From a virus (Duplodnaviria; Caudoviricetes), in the IMG/VR virus record IMGVR_UViG_3300014205_000181, positions 1-64,000 of that record: 64,000 nt of DNA, one strand, 5' to 3'. Position numbers and translations under genes: made by a program. The notes beneath the pieces are model-generated. The model saw nothing but the letters and a program-made list of their open reading frames with translations. It did not search any database and was not told the DNA's origin. Positions 10,846 through 20,942 of this stretch are shown in pieces. Position 1 is the first letter of the stretch, and each line of letters begins with the position of its first letter.

Positions 10846-11637
10846 TTTATTTAAAACAATACAATATCTCAGCATCAGGGAATTCTAATTTCAATTCCTC
10901 AAGGCTCAAGTTGTACCGTTTCAAGATTAAAGGACTTGTATACGGTTTTCTTGCTATGCTGAAGTGGATTACTTTGTATGTTGTGTTTTTCATTTCTTCA
11001 CCATAAACACGTTATACCCTTGTCTGGCAAGGTTGTTTAATCGAGCCATAGTCTTTCCTGTAGTGTATCCATATTCACCTTCAGGAAGCTCTACAACGGC
11101 AGCATAACGATAAGGATAATAAGACAAGAACCTTATACAGGCTTGTGTCGCTTCTTCTTTATCTTTGCATATTGTAATAATGTCGATTGCTGGCATCTTG
11201 GTTTCCTTTAATTATAATTTACATATACAAATAGTTTCAATTTTATACTTCACGACCCGCCAACCGGCAATCTTTGCCTCATAAAAATTAGCGCCGTGAT
11301 TGTATTCTTCCCAAAGTCTGGCCGCTCCTATTTTGGTATCGGCCATAAGACGGACACTAGCCGTATCAATATGATCTTTGTGGACTACTGCATACATTAT
11401 CATTTGTTTCTCCTCACATATTCAAAAGATTGTTGACTTCTTTTTTAAGCTCATAAGTTATGGGAGAAAAATAGTGTTTAGTTAGCGGGTAAAGTTAATT
11501 TTCCAGTACTCGTGTGAGGTAAACCGGCACGGTATAAAGGCGTGTGCCAGGTGCCAAAGGCAAGCGTTTAAACTTTTAAGAGCAACCATGGCATTGGCTT
11601 TAAAATGAGTCCAGTAGTTCATTTACCCTCCAAAAAT

Positions 11638-11728
11638 CGCTAACAAAGCAATTAAGGCGGAGCCGCCGAGTCCGCCCGTTCAGTTTTCTGGAGCCTCTCG
11701 GCGGCTCCGCTTATTGCAACCGTTATAC
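11638..11728. mobile_element. Integron attC-like recombination site
   Basis: CGCTAAC...GCAATTAAGGCGGAGCCGCCGAG-loop-CTCGGCGGCTCCGCTTATTGC...GTTATAC; imperfect palindrome with AAC/GTT ends and two extrahelical bases. Confidence 0.7.
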
Positions 11729-11751
11729 CCTCATAGAACCGGCAATCAGTT

Positions 11752-11907
11752 TTACTTACAATTAAACGCCATTCCAGTCTTGTTACGCCACTTGCTTGCC
11801 TGACGCTTTGTGGGTTTAATACCGGCCTTTTCACATGCCGCCTGAAAGGATTTAACCGTATTGCTGAAGGTCTTGTTGTTCATTGCGAGAATCTCTTTGA
11901 TTGTCAT
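11752..11907 (-). CDS. Small basic hypothetical protein
   Basis: Manual translation MTIKEILAM...ACEKAGIKPTKRQASKWRNKTGMAF; GGAG RBS. Confidence 0.6.
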   Translation of the reverse strand: MTIKEILAMNNKTFSNTVKSFQAACEKAGIKPTKRQASKWRNKTGMAFNCK

Positions 11908-12333
11908 TTGTTTCTCCCTTTTGGTTTTGGTTATTTATTTACACAGTTAAACACATATCCGCTAATTCATCAGCGAAATAAATTTCTTTTTCTTTTCCTA
12001 CTCTACAAAGAAAACAATCCTTTATGGGGTTATACTTAACCAATTTAATCCATTTAGATTCGCCCTTGATTCTAGCCTGATAATACTTGGAATGTTCCCA
12101 GGTGTCAATATTTGTTTGCATTGGTAGTCTCCTTATTTAAAAGAGTTTAAAACAATTTGCCGTTTTCCGTAAACTCATATTCATTAGCAATTATAGTTTC
12201 TTCAATCGCTCCTTTTAATTATTTAATTCAACGTATCCAACTAAATCCTTTTTCTTATATTATCAACTTGAACAAGTATGTCAAGTATATTTTAAAGTTT
12301 TTTATAATTCTTTTTGTACTTAAGCAAATAATA

Positions 12334-12363
12334 TTAAAGTTTTCTCTTGACTAATCCGATAAG
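12334..12363 (+). promoter_or_regulatory. sigma28/FliA-like promoter
   Basis: TTAAAGTTTT...TCCGATAAG (TAAA-N16-TCCGATAA). Confidence 0.7.
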
Positions 12364-12369
12364 GTGCTT

Positions 12370-12677
12370 AATGTAACGGATTAGTCTTTTACAGAAACGG
12401 TTTCTTATCCAGCGTTCTTTACTCCGTGACCCGCCATGAGGTCTAAAAAGTAGCCTGAGCAGGTTTTATTCATGGCAATAAATTTTTATCCGCCCTTATG
12501 TGTACGGACCGGGGATGTTAATTATTAATAAGCAAATAGCTGAAAGTAATTGACGAAAACAAGTAGAGTGAAATGGGACTCGTAAGAGTATTAGGAATAT
12601 TTGTTCCTCCCCTGGGGTCTGACCAGCCTTAAATTGGTACTTGATAAAGGATACAAAGTTTTCTTAACCGTTTACAT
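12370..12677 (+). ncRNA. Putative structured non-coding RNA (~310 nt)
   Basis: No ORF in the track; ATGTAACGG at the predicted start pairs with CCGTTTACAT at 12668-12677; internal helices GCCATGA/TCATGGC, GACC-GGGGA/TCCCC-GGTC, GCAAATA/TATTTGT, ACTC-GTAA-GAGT. Confidence 0.55.
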
Positions 12678-12770
12678 ATTATTGTTTTCTGTTAAGTTTT
12701 ATTTAGTAAGGGTGAAAAGTATAGGAGCTTGATTCTATACTCCCCTGAAAACTACGGTCCCGAAAAAGGT

Positions 12771-13103
12771 TTAAAATAAAACACCCCTCCTAATTGCTTC
12801 CGCCCCTGCGAATCTATTCAACCATTTAATCCCTACTGCAATATATCTTGGCTCACTGTAATAAACCATATTGCTAAACCCTCTTTTCATATACGCTGAG
12901 GGATGCGCTATTGCTTCGCCCGATTTTGTGTAATATCCCCTTAGCCTTTCCGCTCCGACAATATGAGGTTTCTTACTCCCGTTGACCGCAATCACGTTTA
13001 AATGATTAATATTATCGCCTGCAACCCGCACCATCCGTTTTATTTCTTTTCTTACTATCTCAGCATCATGTTTGTTTAAGTACTGCTCAATTGTAATATT
13101 CAT
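12771..13103 (-). CDS. Hypothetical protein
   Basis: 110-aa ORF in the orientation of its neighbours. Confidence 0.55.
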   Translation of the reverse strand: MNITIEQYLNKHDAEIVRKEIKRMVRVAGDNINHLNVIAVNGSKKPHIVGAERLRGYYTKSGEAIAHPSAYMKRGFSNMVYYSEPRYIAVGIKWLNRFAGAEAIRRGVLF

Positions 13104-13261
13104 TTTTCCTGTTTCCTTTATTTATAAGGGTTTAAAAGGTATATCAATTTTAAACTATCATAAAGGCCCAGTACAGCCGTTTTCAATGCTTACCATCCTA
13201 CCCTATTACCTAGTACCTAATCGTGGCGTGGCGGTCATCCTATACCACTAAATTTCGCATC

Positions 13262-14629
13262 CTAGAGATTCAGCTTCCTTGTAATCTCTTTTCCAGAATC
13301 TGAAGTACTAGCATTCCTGTAGTGCTTCGCTTGTTCCATAGTGCGCTTAATATCATCCTTTCGGGTTTTTTGCATTGTGGGCATGCTTGCAATAATTTCC
13401 TCTATCTCTTCAAAGTGTGAATCCTTCGCAAGTTGTTCAATTTCCGCCCCGGTCCATTGTTCCAGTTTTGAAGCAATACTGCAATCTAATTTTGAATTGT
13501 GCTTTTTGTTCATAATCTCGATGATTGCTTTTCTCTCTTGAAGATTAGGAAAGCCAACAAAGAAAATTGCATCCCAACGCCCAGGACGTAGAAATTCAGG
13601 CGGCAAAGAAGATAGATCATTGCTTGTCGCTACAATGACGCTATCACTTGCCCGGTCATTAAACCATGAAAGGAAATGTCCCACTTGTCCCTTGCTTGTT
13701 CCTGAATCCCCAGAACCCATAGAAAGCATTTTCTCTATTTCATCAAGCAAGACGACACACTTACCAATAGAGTCAACGGTTTTTGTGAATAGCCGGGTTT
13801 TCTTTTCGGTCTCTCCGACAAGTCCGCCCTTCATTGCTCCAGCATCCGCTTGGATAAGGTCCGCCTGCATGATGTTAGCCAACGCCTTTGCAAAGAGGCT
13901 TTTTCCGCATCCTGGTACTCCTACCAGCAGAATAGAACGCAAGCGCGGCATGTGTTCATTGCCTGGATCAAACGCTTTCATTCTAGCCGACAAGAAACGT
14001 TTTGCTTCTTCCATGCCGCCAACGCTTTCCATATTTTCAGGACGTGCAATACTCATAAAACCAGTTTTCTCGATCAGGGCTTTACGGGCAGACAAAACGC
14101 CCTGCCTTGTAATTTCTTTTGTCTCGATTGCCTGGAGAGCAAGACTGTTTTCGGTTTCCTCATATCCTAAACCTAGACAAGAGCAAGCAATATCGTTTTC
14201 TATCGGTAAACCGTATTGCTTGAAATTCTCTACCATTCCCTGAAATGCAGACAAAGACGGCAAAGAATAATCAATATGGTGGAAAATCTTTTTCAGAGTA
14301 TCCGGCAATTCTGCATCCGTGCCAACACAAACAATGCAGACTTGTTTATTCTTCAATGCCTGATAGGTGTTAAGGATCATTTGTTGTATTTCTTTTTTCT
14401 CGAAAAACCAGTTAATATTTTCGCAGATGATAACAGTCTGGGAAAGAGTTTTGGCGTATTCGAGAAGCTCCGCAATGTCCTTGTATTCGCCTTGTATACC
14501 TTCCAGCGGGTTCCACTTCAGAATGGGGAAAGAATCGCCCGTAGTAATGTCTTGAACGGCTCTTTTAATTTCGAGCGTTTCAATACAGACAAGAGGGACA
14601 CCTGCTTTTATGTAGTTTGTGAGATTCAT
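13262..14629 (-). CDS. AAA+ ATPase (Ycf46-like)
   Basis: GVPGCGKS, VLLDEIEK, ATSN, LRPGRWD; likely start MNLTNY. Confidence 0.88.
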   Translation of the reverse strand: MNLTNYIKAGVPLVCIETLEIKRAVQDITTGDSFPILKWNPLEGIQGEYKDIAELLEYAKTLSQTVIICENINWFFEKKEIQQMILNTYQALKNKQVCIVCVGTDAELPDTLKKIFHHIDYSLPSLSAFQGMVENFKQYGLPIENDIACSCLGLGYEETENSLALQAIETKEITRQGVLSARKALIEKTGFMSIARPENMESVGGMEEAKRFLSARMKAFDPGNEHMPRLRSILLVGVPGCGKSLFAKALANIMQADLIQADAGAMKGGLVGETEKKTRLFTKTVDSIGKCVVLLDEIEKMLSMGSGDSGTSKGQVGHFLSWFNDRASDSVIVATSNDLSSLPPEFLRPGRWDAIFFVGFPNLQERKAIIEIMNKKHNSKLDCSIASKLEQWTGAEIEQLAKDSHFEEIEEIIASMPTMQKTRKDDIKRTMEQAKHYRNASTSDSGKEITRKLNL

Positions 14630-14918
14630 TTTGTAGCCTCTTTGTCTAAATGATGTTTGACTAATTTCCAGATATAACCATGCTTGCCTTCTGGGGTACA
14701 TGTTTTCCCCGTACAACAGTGAGAACAAACAAGCATTGAACAACCTTTGCAAGCATGGTTTGCGGGATGATATGGAGTGTCATCCCTTACCAGCTCAAAA
14801 CAATTCCCATCTATATCTATGTATGCTGTATCACTCATTTTGTTCCCCTTTCTTTGTTTTAATTATAAACTCCACAAAGGGGATGTTTCTCAATTCATCC
14901 CCTCAAGCAATCTACAAT

Positions 14919-15893
14919 TTAATTCAGGGACAATACCCTGTTCCCAATTTCCTCAATTACAGAATCCGGGGTACTGCCCAAAATCAAGTCAAATGCTTTT
15001 TCTGCAAACTTCTGACTTGTCCCAAACAAAGAAGACTCCATTCTATCCGTATTCTTTCTCAGGCTGTTTTCATGTGTAGTGAGGTACGTCACTCCATTGA
15101 ACAGATCCCAACCCGTGCCGCGCTGCCCTGGCGGGATTTTGGAAGCATTGTCGCCGATGATCTGCGCGAGCTTTTCCATATTGTTTTTCGATCTGGTACT
15201 TTCCTTTTCGCCGTACAGCTTGGAAATGATAGCGGCCTGAGATTCAGGACTAAAACGCATCTTGGCAAGCGTCTTGAATTTGTCTTGCAACGTCTGGTTT
15301 GCTTCCCGCATTTCGTTGAATGCTTTTACCCACAATCCAAGACGGTCCCCGGCCTTTGCCGTCTGTTTCGTGCTGAAAACCTCGTCAGCGTTCAAGCTCT
15401 TTTTCCATTGGGTAAACGTGTTTGCGCATTCAACGCGAATGATAGACAATCCAAGCGTCAATTTCATTGTTCCATCATGGGGCAGCGCGGCCACAATGTG
15501 TGTCTGCATGGTGTTGCCTTCACCCACGTTGTAGCCGTCACTGCTCATATTAAAAAACACCTTTTCACCATTACCGATTGCGCCGCAACTTTCCATTTCC
15601 CCAAGCTGATCAAGGATAGAAAAAATCGCTTCGCTTTGGTTCGGCACAAAACGCCCTTTACAAACGCGCAAGGTGGCCCCGTTGTTGTCGTTCACAAGGT
15701 GGCTATAGTCCTGTATGGTGTCGCCGTTGCGGTCATATACAGGATGCAAAGATACGTTAAAATCAGCCTTGCTTGCAGAAAACAATTCCCGATTAGTTGC
15801 ATCAGGGAAGCTGTAATTTTCCTCTTCTTTTGCCCACCACGGTTGTTTCTCGGATTTTGTTGCAAACATCTTGTTTTCCATATTAGCGGCCAT
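14919..15893 (-). CDS. DUF932-family (phage/plasmid-like TIGR03299) protein
   Basis: HDG...IRVECANT...GTGWDLFNGVTYLTTH. Confidence 0.85.
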   Translation of the reverse strand: MAANMENKMFATKSEKQPWWAKEEENYSFPDATNRELFSASKADFNVSLHPVYDRNGDTIQDYSHLVNDNNGATLRVCKGRFVPNQSEAIFSILDQLGEMESCGAIGNGEKVFFNMSSDGYNVGEGNTMQTHIVAALPHDGTMKLTLGLSIIRVECANTFTQWKKSLNADEVFSTKQTAKAGDRLGLWVKAFNEMREANQTLQDKFKTLAKMRFSPESQAAIISKLYGEKESTRSKNNMEKLAQIIGDNASKIPPGQRGTGWDLFNGVTYLTTHENSLRKNTDRMESSLFGTSQKFAEKAFDLILGSTPDSVIEEIGNRVLSLN

Positions 15894-15935
15894 GATCTTT
15901 CCCCTTTAAAATTGATTAGTTAAATAATAAATAAA

Positions 15936-16220
15936 CTACATTCTTTCGTTGCATACAATGCGGGAAACATATTCCTTTCCGTCATTATAAAAAGTTTCAA
16001 GGTCCGAAATTAACTCTTGTAAGTTTTCGTCAAAAGAAAAACAATTATCAATTTCCATATAGCCAGATTCTAATAAACCTACATTGCAATTGCCGCCGAA
16101 AACAATCCGGCTATCTGTTTTTAATATCTCGAAATTATGATACTCTCCCTCATTGTCTTGAAATTCGATGATTCCAACGTACTCCGCTTTGTCTGTATTG
16201 GTTGCTTCCCATTGTTTCAT
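15936..16220 (-). CDS. Hypothetical acidic protein
   Basis: ORF; shares a 22-bp leader with the DUF932 gene. Confidence 0.6.
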   Translation of the reverse strand: MKQWEATNTDKAEYVGIIEFQDNEGEYHNFEILKTDSRIVFGGNCNVGLLESGYMEIDNCFSFDENLQELISDLETFYNDGKEYVSRIVCNERM

Positions 16221-17584
16221 ATCGTTTCCCCTTTAAAATTGATTAGGTTTAAAAACTCTTAAATACCTTATAATTCTTTTAAACAAATAAAACAAAAAAT
16301 AATTCATTTAATAAAGAATCCATCTACCACATGACCGAACCCCGTTTTTATAATCCAGCCAACTCTGGAAGCATTCAGCAAAATAAAGCATCATATCCAG
16401 AGAGACAAAGGCCAGAATGATTATCAATACGGAAATTGCTGTTCTCATTTCTCAAACCTCCTTTCAAAACCAGATTATTCTAACGACAACAAAGAGACCC
16501 CATACAAAGAGAGTTGAACCAATTGCCCAAACAATCATAAAGCACAAAACCTTTATCCAATATCGCATTTATCTTTTCCTCCTATGTTGTGAAGCAATGC
16601 GCTTTGTCCGCTCTCTTATATTCTCCGCCATCCCAAGGGCAACCCCATAATCAAGCGTATTAAAATCATCTTGCGGCCTGTACTTGCCATCAACAAAGAG
16701 CTGCACCGTGTACCCTTCCTGGCCCTCTACAATCTTTGTTTTAACTTTCATAGCAATCAATCCTGATAGTAAGGAATTGTCAGACATAAGGCTACACTTG
16801 CCCGTGTTACAAGATATGATACACTTTGCCATATTCTACCATTAAGGCAGTAGATGACAAGACTTTGTGTGTGGTTCTGGAAAAGGATTGTGGTTGTCAT
16901 GGCGTGGTCTCCTTACTCTTGACCCATATCAATACAGTCAGGGCAAAAAATCCCTTCTGACTCTCCGATGATGCAATCTTCCCAGCCGCCCAGGTTTAAG
17001 GCCTCTGTTAACTCTTCTATAGTTTCGGCCTCTTCAAATTTGAACCCTCCGCATAAATGGCATTCAAACCTAAATAATCTTGTCGCCCCTGATTTCACGT
17101 CTGCTTCTTTAATCATATTCAGCTCCTTTTTAAATCAGTAAATCCAAGGGCGATTAATTTCTCTCTTGCCTCTTCTTTACTGGTAAAGCATTTGTGCGCC
17201 TCTTCCGTGTTTTCTTCCTGGCTCGCCTTTGTTTCCATATACGTCCAAACAACCATGGAGTTGATAAGGCTGGAGACTTCCTTATTTAATTTATTGCTGA
17301 TTTTCATTGTCCCGCCCTCCTGAATAAAGATTAAATAAACTGTATGACTATTCTTACCATAAACAAATAAACTTTGTCACGAAAATAATGCATACAAGTT
17401 AAATAATTCTTTTAGCTCAAACAAATACTTTAATGTATAAATAGCAAGTACTATGCCATAAGTATTAAAGATAATACTACACAAGATACCCGCAAACATG
17501 CATGGTTATAGGGAAAACGCTGTAGCAAAGCGATAAAAACTTTATAAGGCATAGACATACCAAACAACATAAACCCCTCTGCAA

Positions 17585-18110
17585 GCGTTTAAACGCATAA
17601 TAAAGGTATGTCAATACGTTGACACTGTATGCTATGTAAAGAAAGTTTATAAGGGATAACAGAGAAGATAAGGGAAGGTGGATAGTGTACTATAGCAATG
17701 AAGATTGTTAGGTACAATTAACTATGATAGGTATGGTTAAAGAGTTAAGCATAGTACAATGTAGTACAGATATGCGGACATAGTACGTCGATGCGTCAAG
17801 TGTTAGGTACGTTAAAGAGTGTATGTACTATGTTAGATAGTACAAGAGGTACAATGATGTTAGAGGACTGTGATATAGTTAGGTATATGGTGCATGTGTT
17901 AGGTAAGGCTAACAAGGTATGTTTTGCAGTAGAAGATGCGACGTGGTGTAGTGTGTTAGTGGCGCTTGATGGAGTGGGTAATGGTTGATAGAGTTATATA
18001 GTGTGTAGATTGTTAGAGGAGCATGACATAGTAAGGGAGGTGGATAGTGTTAGGGGTATGGCATCGGAAATACGGGCATGGTACCCACCACTTCCGGCTG
18101 CCCGGTGTCA
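17585..18110. repeat. Strand-skewed non-coding block with clustered GTAC and TGTTAG motifs (candidate terminus/pac/ori)
   Basis: 9 GTAC in 17687-17852; ~8 TGTTAG; + strand C-poor; GGTGGATAGTGT occurs twice. Confidence 0.55.
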
Positions 18111-18182
18111 TTTACAAGATTTTATATTTTTGAACCAGTATTTTACACTATGATATATTTTCACATTATATTACATTATTTG

Positions 18183-18211
18183 TTAAAGTTATCTGAAATT
18201 ATGCCGATAAG
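18183..18211 (+). promoter_or_regulatory. sigma28/FliA-like promoter
   Basis: TTAAAGTTATCTGAAATTATGCCGATAAG (TAAA-N15-GCCGATAA). Confidence 0.8.
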
Positions 18212-18240
18212 GTATTATAACTAATTTAACCGGAGGTAAT

Positions 18241-18417
18241 ATGAACAAAGAAGAATTTGATACAAAGAGAAAAGAACTTGGTTGGTCAAAGAGAGAATTA
18301 GCAAATCGTCTTGGGATTACGGAGAGAACGATTCATGGGTACATGGCTGGAAACAAGATTCCCCAAACCGTTGAATATCTTTTCAATATGTTATATTTAA
18401 AACATGGAGGTCAATAA
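18241..18417 (+). CDS. XRE-family HTH protein (58 aa, not in the ORF track)
   Basis: MNKEEFDTKRKELGWSKRELANRLGITERTIHGYMAGNKIP; GGAGG RBS; TAATG overlap with the next gene. Confidence 0.85.
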   Translation: MNKEEFDTKRKELGWSKRELANRLGITERTIHGYMAGNKIPQTVEYLFNMLYLKHGGQ

Positions 18418-19235
18418 TGGAACAAATACCAGAGGCTTATTTAATATCAGCGGGTATATCTAAACTAACCGGAGAATCAAAATATCACGGACAAAAGAAA
18501 CACCCACTATATGGAAGATGGATGAGAATGAAGAGAAGATGTTACGATACAAACAATAAAAGCTATAAGAGTTACGGAGCGAAGGGCGTCTATGTTTGTA
18601 ATGAATGGTTACATGATTTTAAACCATTTTACGATTGGTGCATGGATAATGGGTATTCTCAAGAATTAGATATTGATAGAATTAATCCATGTGGCCCGTA
18701 CTCACCATGTAATTGTCGGTTCATAACTAAATTTGAAAATTCTCAGAATAAAAGAAAGAAAACTGATTATAGAGGAGTTTCGTTTAATAAAACTAAAAAT
18801 ATATATTCTGGAACATTAACATTAAACCGAAGCGTTATTTTTAGAAGAAACTTTAAAGACGAATTAAGAGCGGCGATTATGAGAGATAAATTTATTGCAC
18901 AGAATAATCTCCCGCACGAAATGAATTTTCCAGAAAGAAGAGATGAATTTGTAGTAGGACCAAAAGTTAAAGCGTTTAGTACTAGAAAATCATCTGGGTT
19001 TACAATTCATGGATTATCAAAGTCCCCTATACACAAAAGATGGGATCTGATTAAAAAGAGACGCAACGAAACTAAAGGACGAATAACTATCTGTGAAGAA
19101 TGGGATAAAAATTTTATGTCATTTTATAATTGGTCAATAGAAAATGGGTTCGACGAAAAATTAGCACTATTTAGAAAAGATATAAGTTTAGGATATTCAC
19201 CGGATAATTGTGAATATAAAGAAATGGTATATTAA
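18417..19235 (+). CDS. HNH-type homing endonuclease with an AP2-like domain
   Basis: HPLY.RW..MKRRC...YG.KGV.VC.EW...IDRI...YSP.NCRF; YRGVSF. Confidence 0.8.
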   Translation: MEQIPEAYLISAGISKLTGESKYHGQKKHPLYGRWMRMKRRCYDTNNKSYKSYGAKGVYVCNEWLHDFKPFYDWCMDNGYSQELDIDRINPCGPYSPCNCRFITKFENSQNKRKKTDYRGVSFNKTKNIYSGTLTLNRSVIFRRNFKDELRAAIMRDKFIAQNNLPHEMNFPERRDEFVVGPKVKAFSTRKSSGFTIHGLSKSPIHKRWDLIKKRRNETKGRITICEEWDKNFMSFYNWSIENGFDEKLALFRKDISLGYSPDNCEYKEMVY

Positions 19236-19892
19236 GTTAGTGAGGAGTAGTCTAGGTATAAATAATATGATCTATGACACTTTAACTTATTTCTTGACAA
19301 GGGATAGGCATTACATTTACAAAAATAATCTAAACCAAAATACCTTAATAAAAATATTATATAATTTTACAAATACTAAATATTCTGTTTTAATCTTTGA
19401 TAACTATTTTAACTTTTCCATATCTCCTTATACTGTATTTATAAATATTATCTTATCCGTGGGCAAAATTCTGGAGCCTTGTAATATTTATCATAATTAG
19501 TTCCCTTTCTACCTACAACAGGGTGAGAGCAAACATTACTATCTTCTGAAGCGAATTTACACTTATCGCATCTTATTTTTATCACTCTTTACAATCTCCC
19601 CATCAACTCTAATACTATCTACCTGATATGCCCAATGAACTGTAAGGTAATCTTGTAAAGCCTCTTCCCCTGAAGTATAACTATTCCCCTTTGTCCTTGC
19701 TAAGTCTTTCATAACTTGAATAGCTTTTTCTTCTGAAATAATATGGACTCTATTTTCATCTAAATAATTAGGTGTTTCATAAACTATCATTTATTCTCCT
19801 ATGGAGTATGGGTACCTTTATTCAAAAGTTTTTTGATTAGAAAAGTGAATCCAAAAATATTATAATATATTTTCTGGACTAAATATTCTGTT

Positions 19893-20342
19893 TTATTTAA
19901 CTTTCCTTGTCGGCCCATTTAATAGAGAACTTCTAATTTCCATAATCATTTTACCAAGATTGTTTTGGCCTTGTCCAGTTTTAAGGCAAATGCCCCAAAT
20001 TTTATCGTTCCAATTATTTCCTTCTTCTATAGCTAAATTAGCTGTATTTATCAACTTTGATTTGTATGGTTCTTGTCTGAATTTCTGTTCTAAACATTTT
20101 CTCATTACATTGAATTTTTCTTTATTCCAATTGTCAATTAGTTTTATACTCCTTGACTGCTTTTTAACAGTTCCTGCAAATTTAGTATCTTGACAAAACG
20201 CTTTCCATTCTATATTGTCTGATTTGGCTGACATATACGCATGTTCTACGCTTTCATAAATAATCCCATCTAATTTAACCTTACATGGAGCAAAATTCGA
20301 CAACCATCTATATTCACCTTGGAACTCTTTGATCTTTTTCAT
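19893..20342 (-). CDS. NADAR/YbiA family protein
   Basis: WLSNF...SVEHAY...KF.Q...EGN.W.D..WG...GQNNLGKMIMEIR. Confidence 0.9.
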   Translation of the reverse strand: MKKIKEFQGEYRWLSNFAPCKVKLDGIIYESVEHAYMSAKSDNIEWKAFCQDTKFAGTVKKQSRSIKLIDNWNKEKFNVMRKCLEQKFRQEPYKSKLINTANLAIEEGNNWNDKIWGICLKTGQGQNNLGKMIMEIRSSLLNGPTRKVK

Positions 20343-20343
20343 T

Positions 20344-20715
20344 TTAATCTCCCTTAAACCAATGCTTAGATTTTGACACTTTAAAATTTCCTCGAATAAT
20401 TATTCCATTCTCAAATAAAATGTATCCTTCCTCGAATCCATGGCCGCAACATGCGTAGCGCACACCAGGAAGGTTTCTAATGCATGGATCATGTCCTTCT
20501 ATGGTCTCTTTATCGCCGCATTTAGGACAAGGTCTATTATGCTCGTATATTGATTCGTCATTATCTATAAATTTATAATTATCGAATTCGTATTTTCCAT
20601 CTGGCTCGTCACAATAAGATTCGTATCCAAAGTGCCTGCCTCTTCCGTTCATATACTTCTCTTGATCTTTCATTTCTTTCCTAAAATTTGAATTTAAATA
20701 AAATACATCCGCCAA
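20344..20715 (-). CDS. Hypothetical Cys/His-rich protein
   Basis: RPCPKCG...GHDPCI..LPGV..ACCGHG. Confidence 0.6.
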   Translation of the reverse strand: MADVFYLNSNFRKEMKDQEKYMNGRGRHFGYESYCDEPDGKYEFDNYKFIDNDESIYEHNRPCPKCGDKETIEGHDPCIRNLPGVRYACCGHGFEEGYILFENGIIIRGNFKVSKSKHWFKGD

Positions 20716-20942
20716 TTAATTCTTTGTTCTCGATTTCTATTCCTTTAATCACAATAGGTATATTTATTTTGGTATAGTACTCTTTCTTTTCGAGAATGTC
20801 AATCCATTGTGTTTGTATTAGGTACGGTAATATTAGTATGATTAAGAGGTGCTTAATCGTTCGTCCTTCATGTAATTTTCTGAGTCCGTTGAAAAAATCA
20901 TCCGCATCAATCGGTTGTTTAGTAATCCATTTCTTAAATTGT

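Noticed and set aside
11652-11834. 60-aa ORF across the palindrome
   Set aside because: Overlaps the attC-like site and a better-supported ORF (11752..11907)
12370-12677. Considered tmRNA, RNase P or group I intron identity for the ncRNA
   Set aside because: No tRNA-like ends, no GAGGAAAGUCC, no recognisable group I core
14700-15923. 407-aa + strand ORF, and ORFs 13620..14243 and 14216..14653
   Set aside because: Antisense shadows of the DUF932 and AAA genes in a GC-richer stretch; no motifs or RBS
17791-17988. 65-aa ORF in the skewed block
   Set aside because: V/M/C-biased product explained by GT-rich low-complexity DNA
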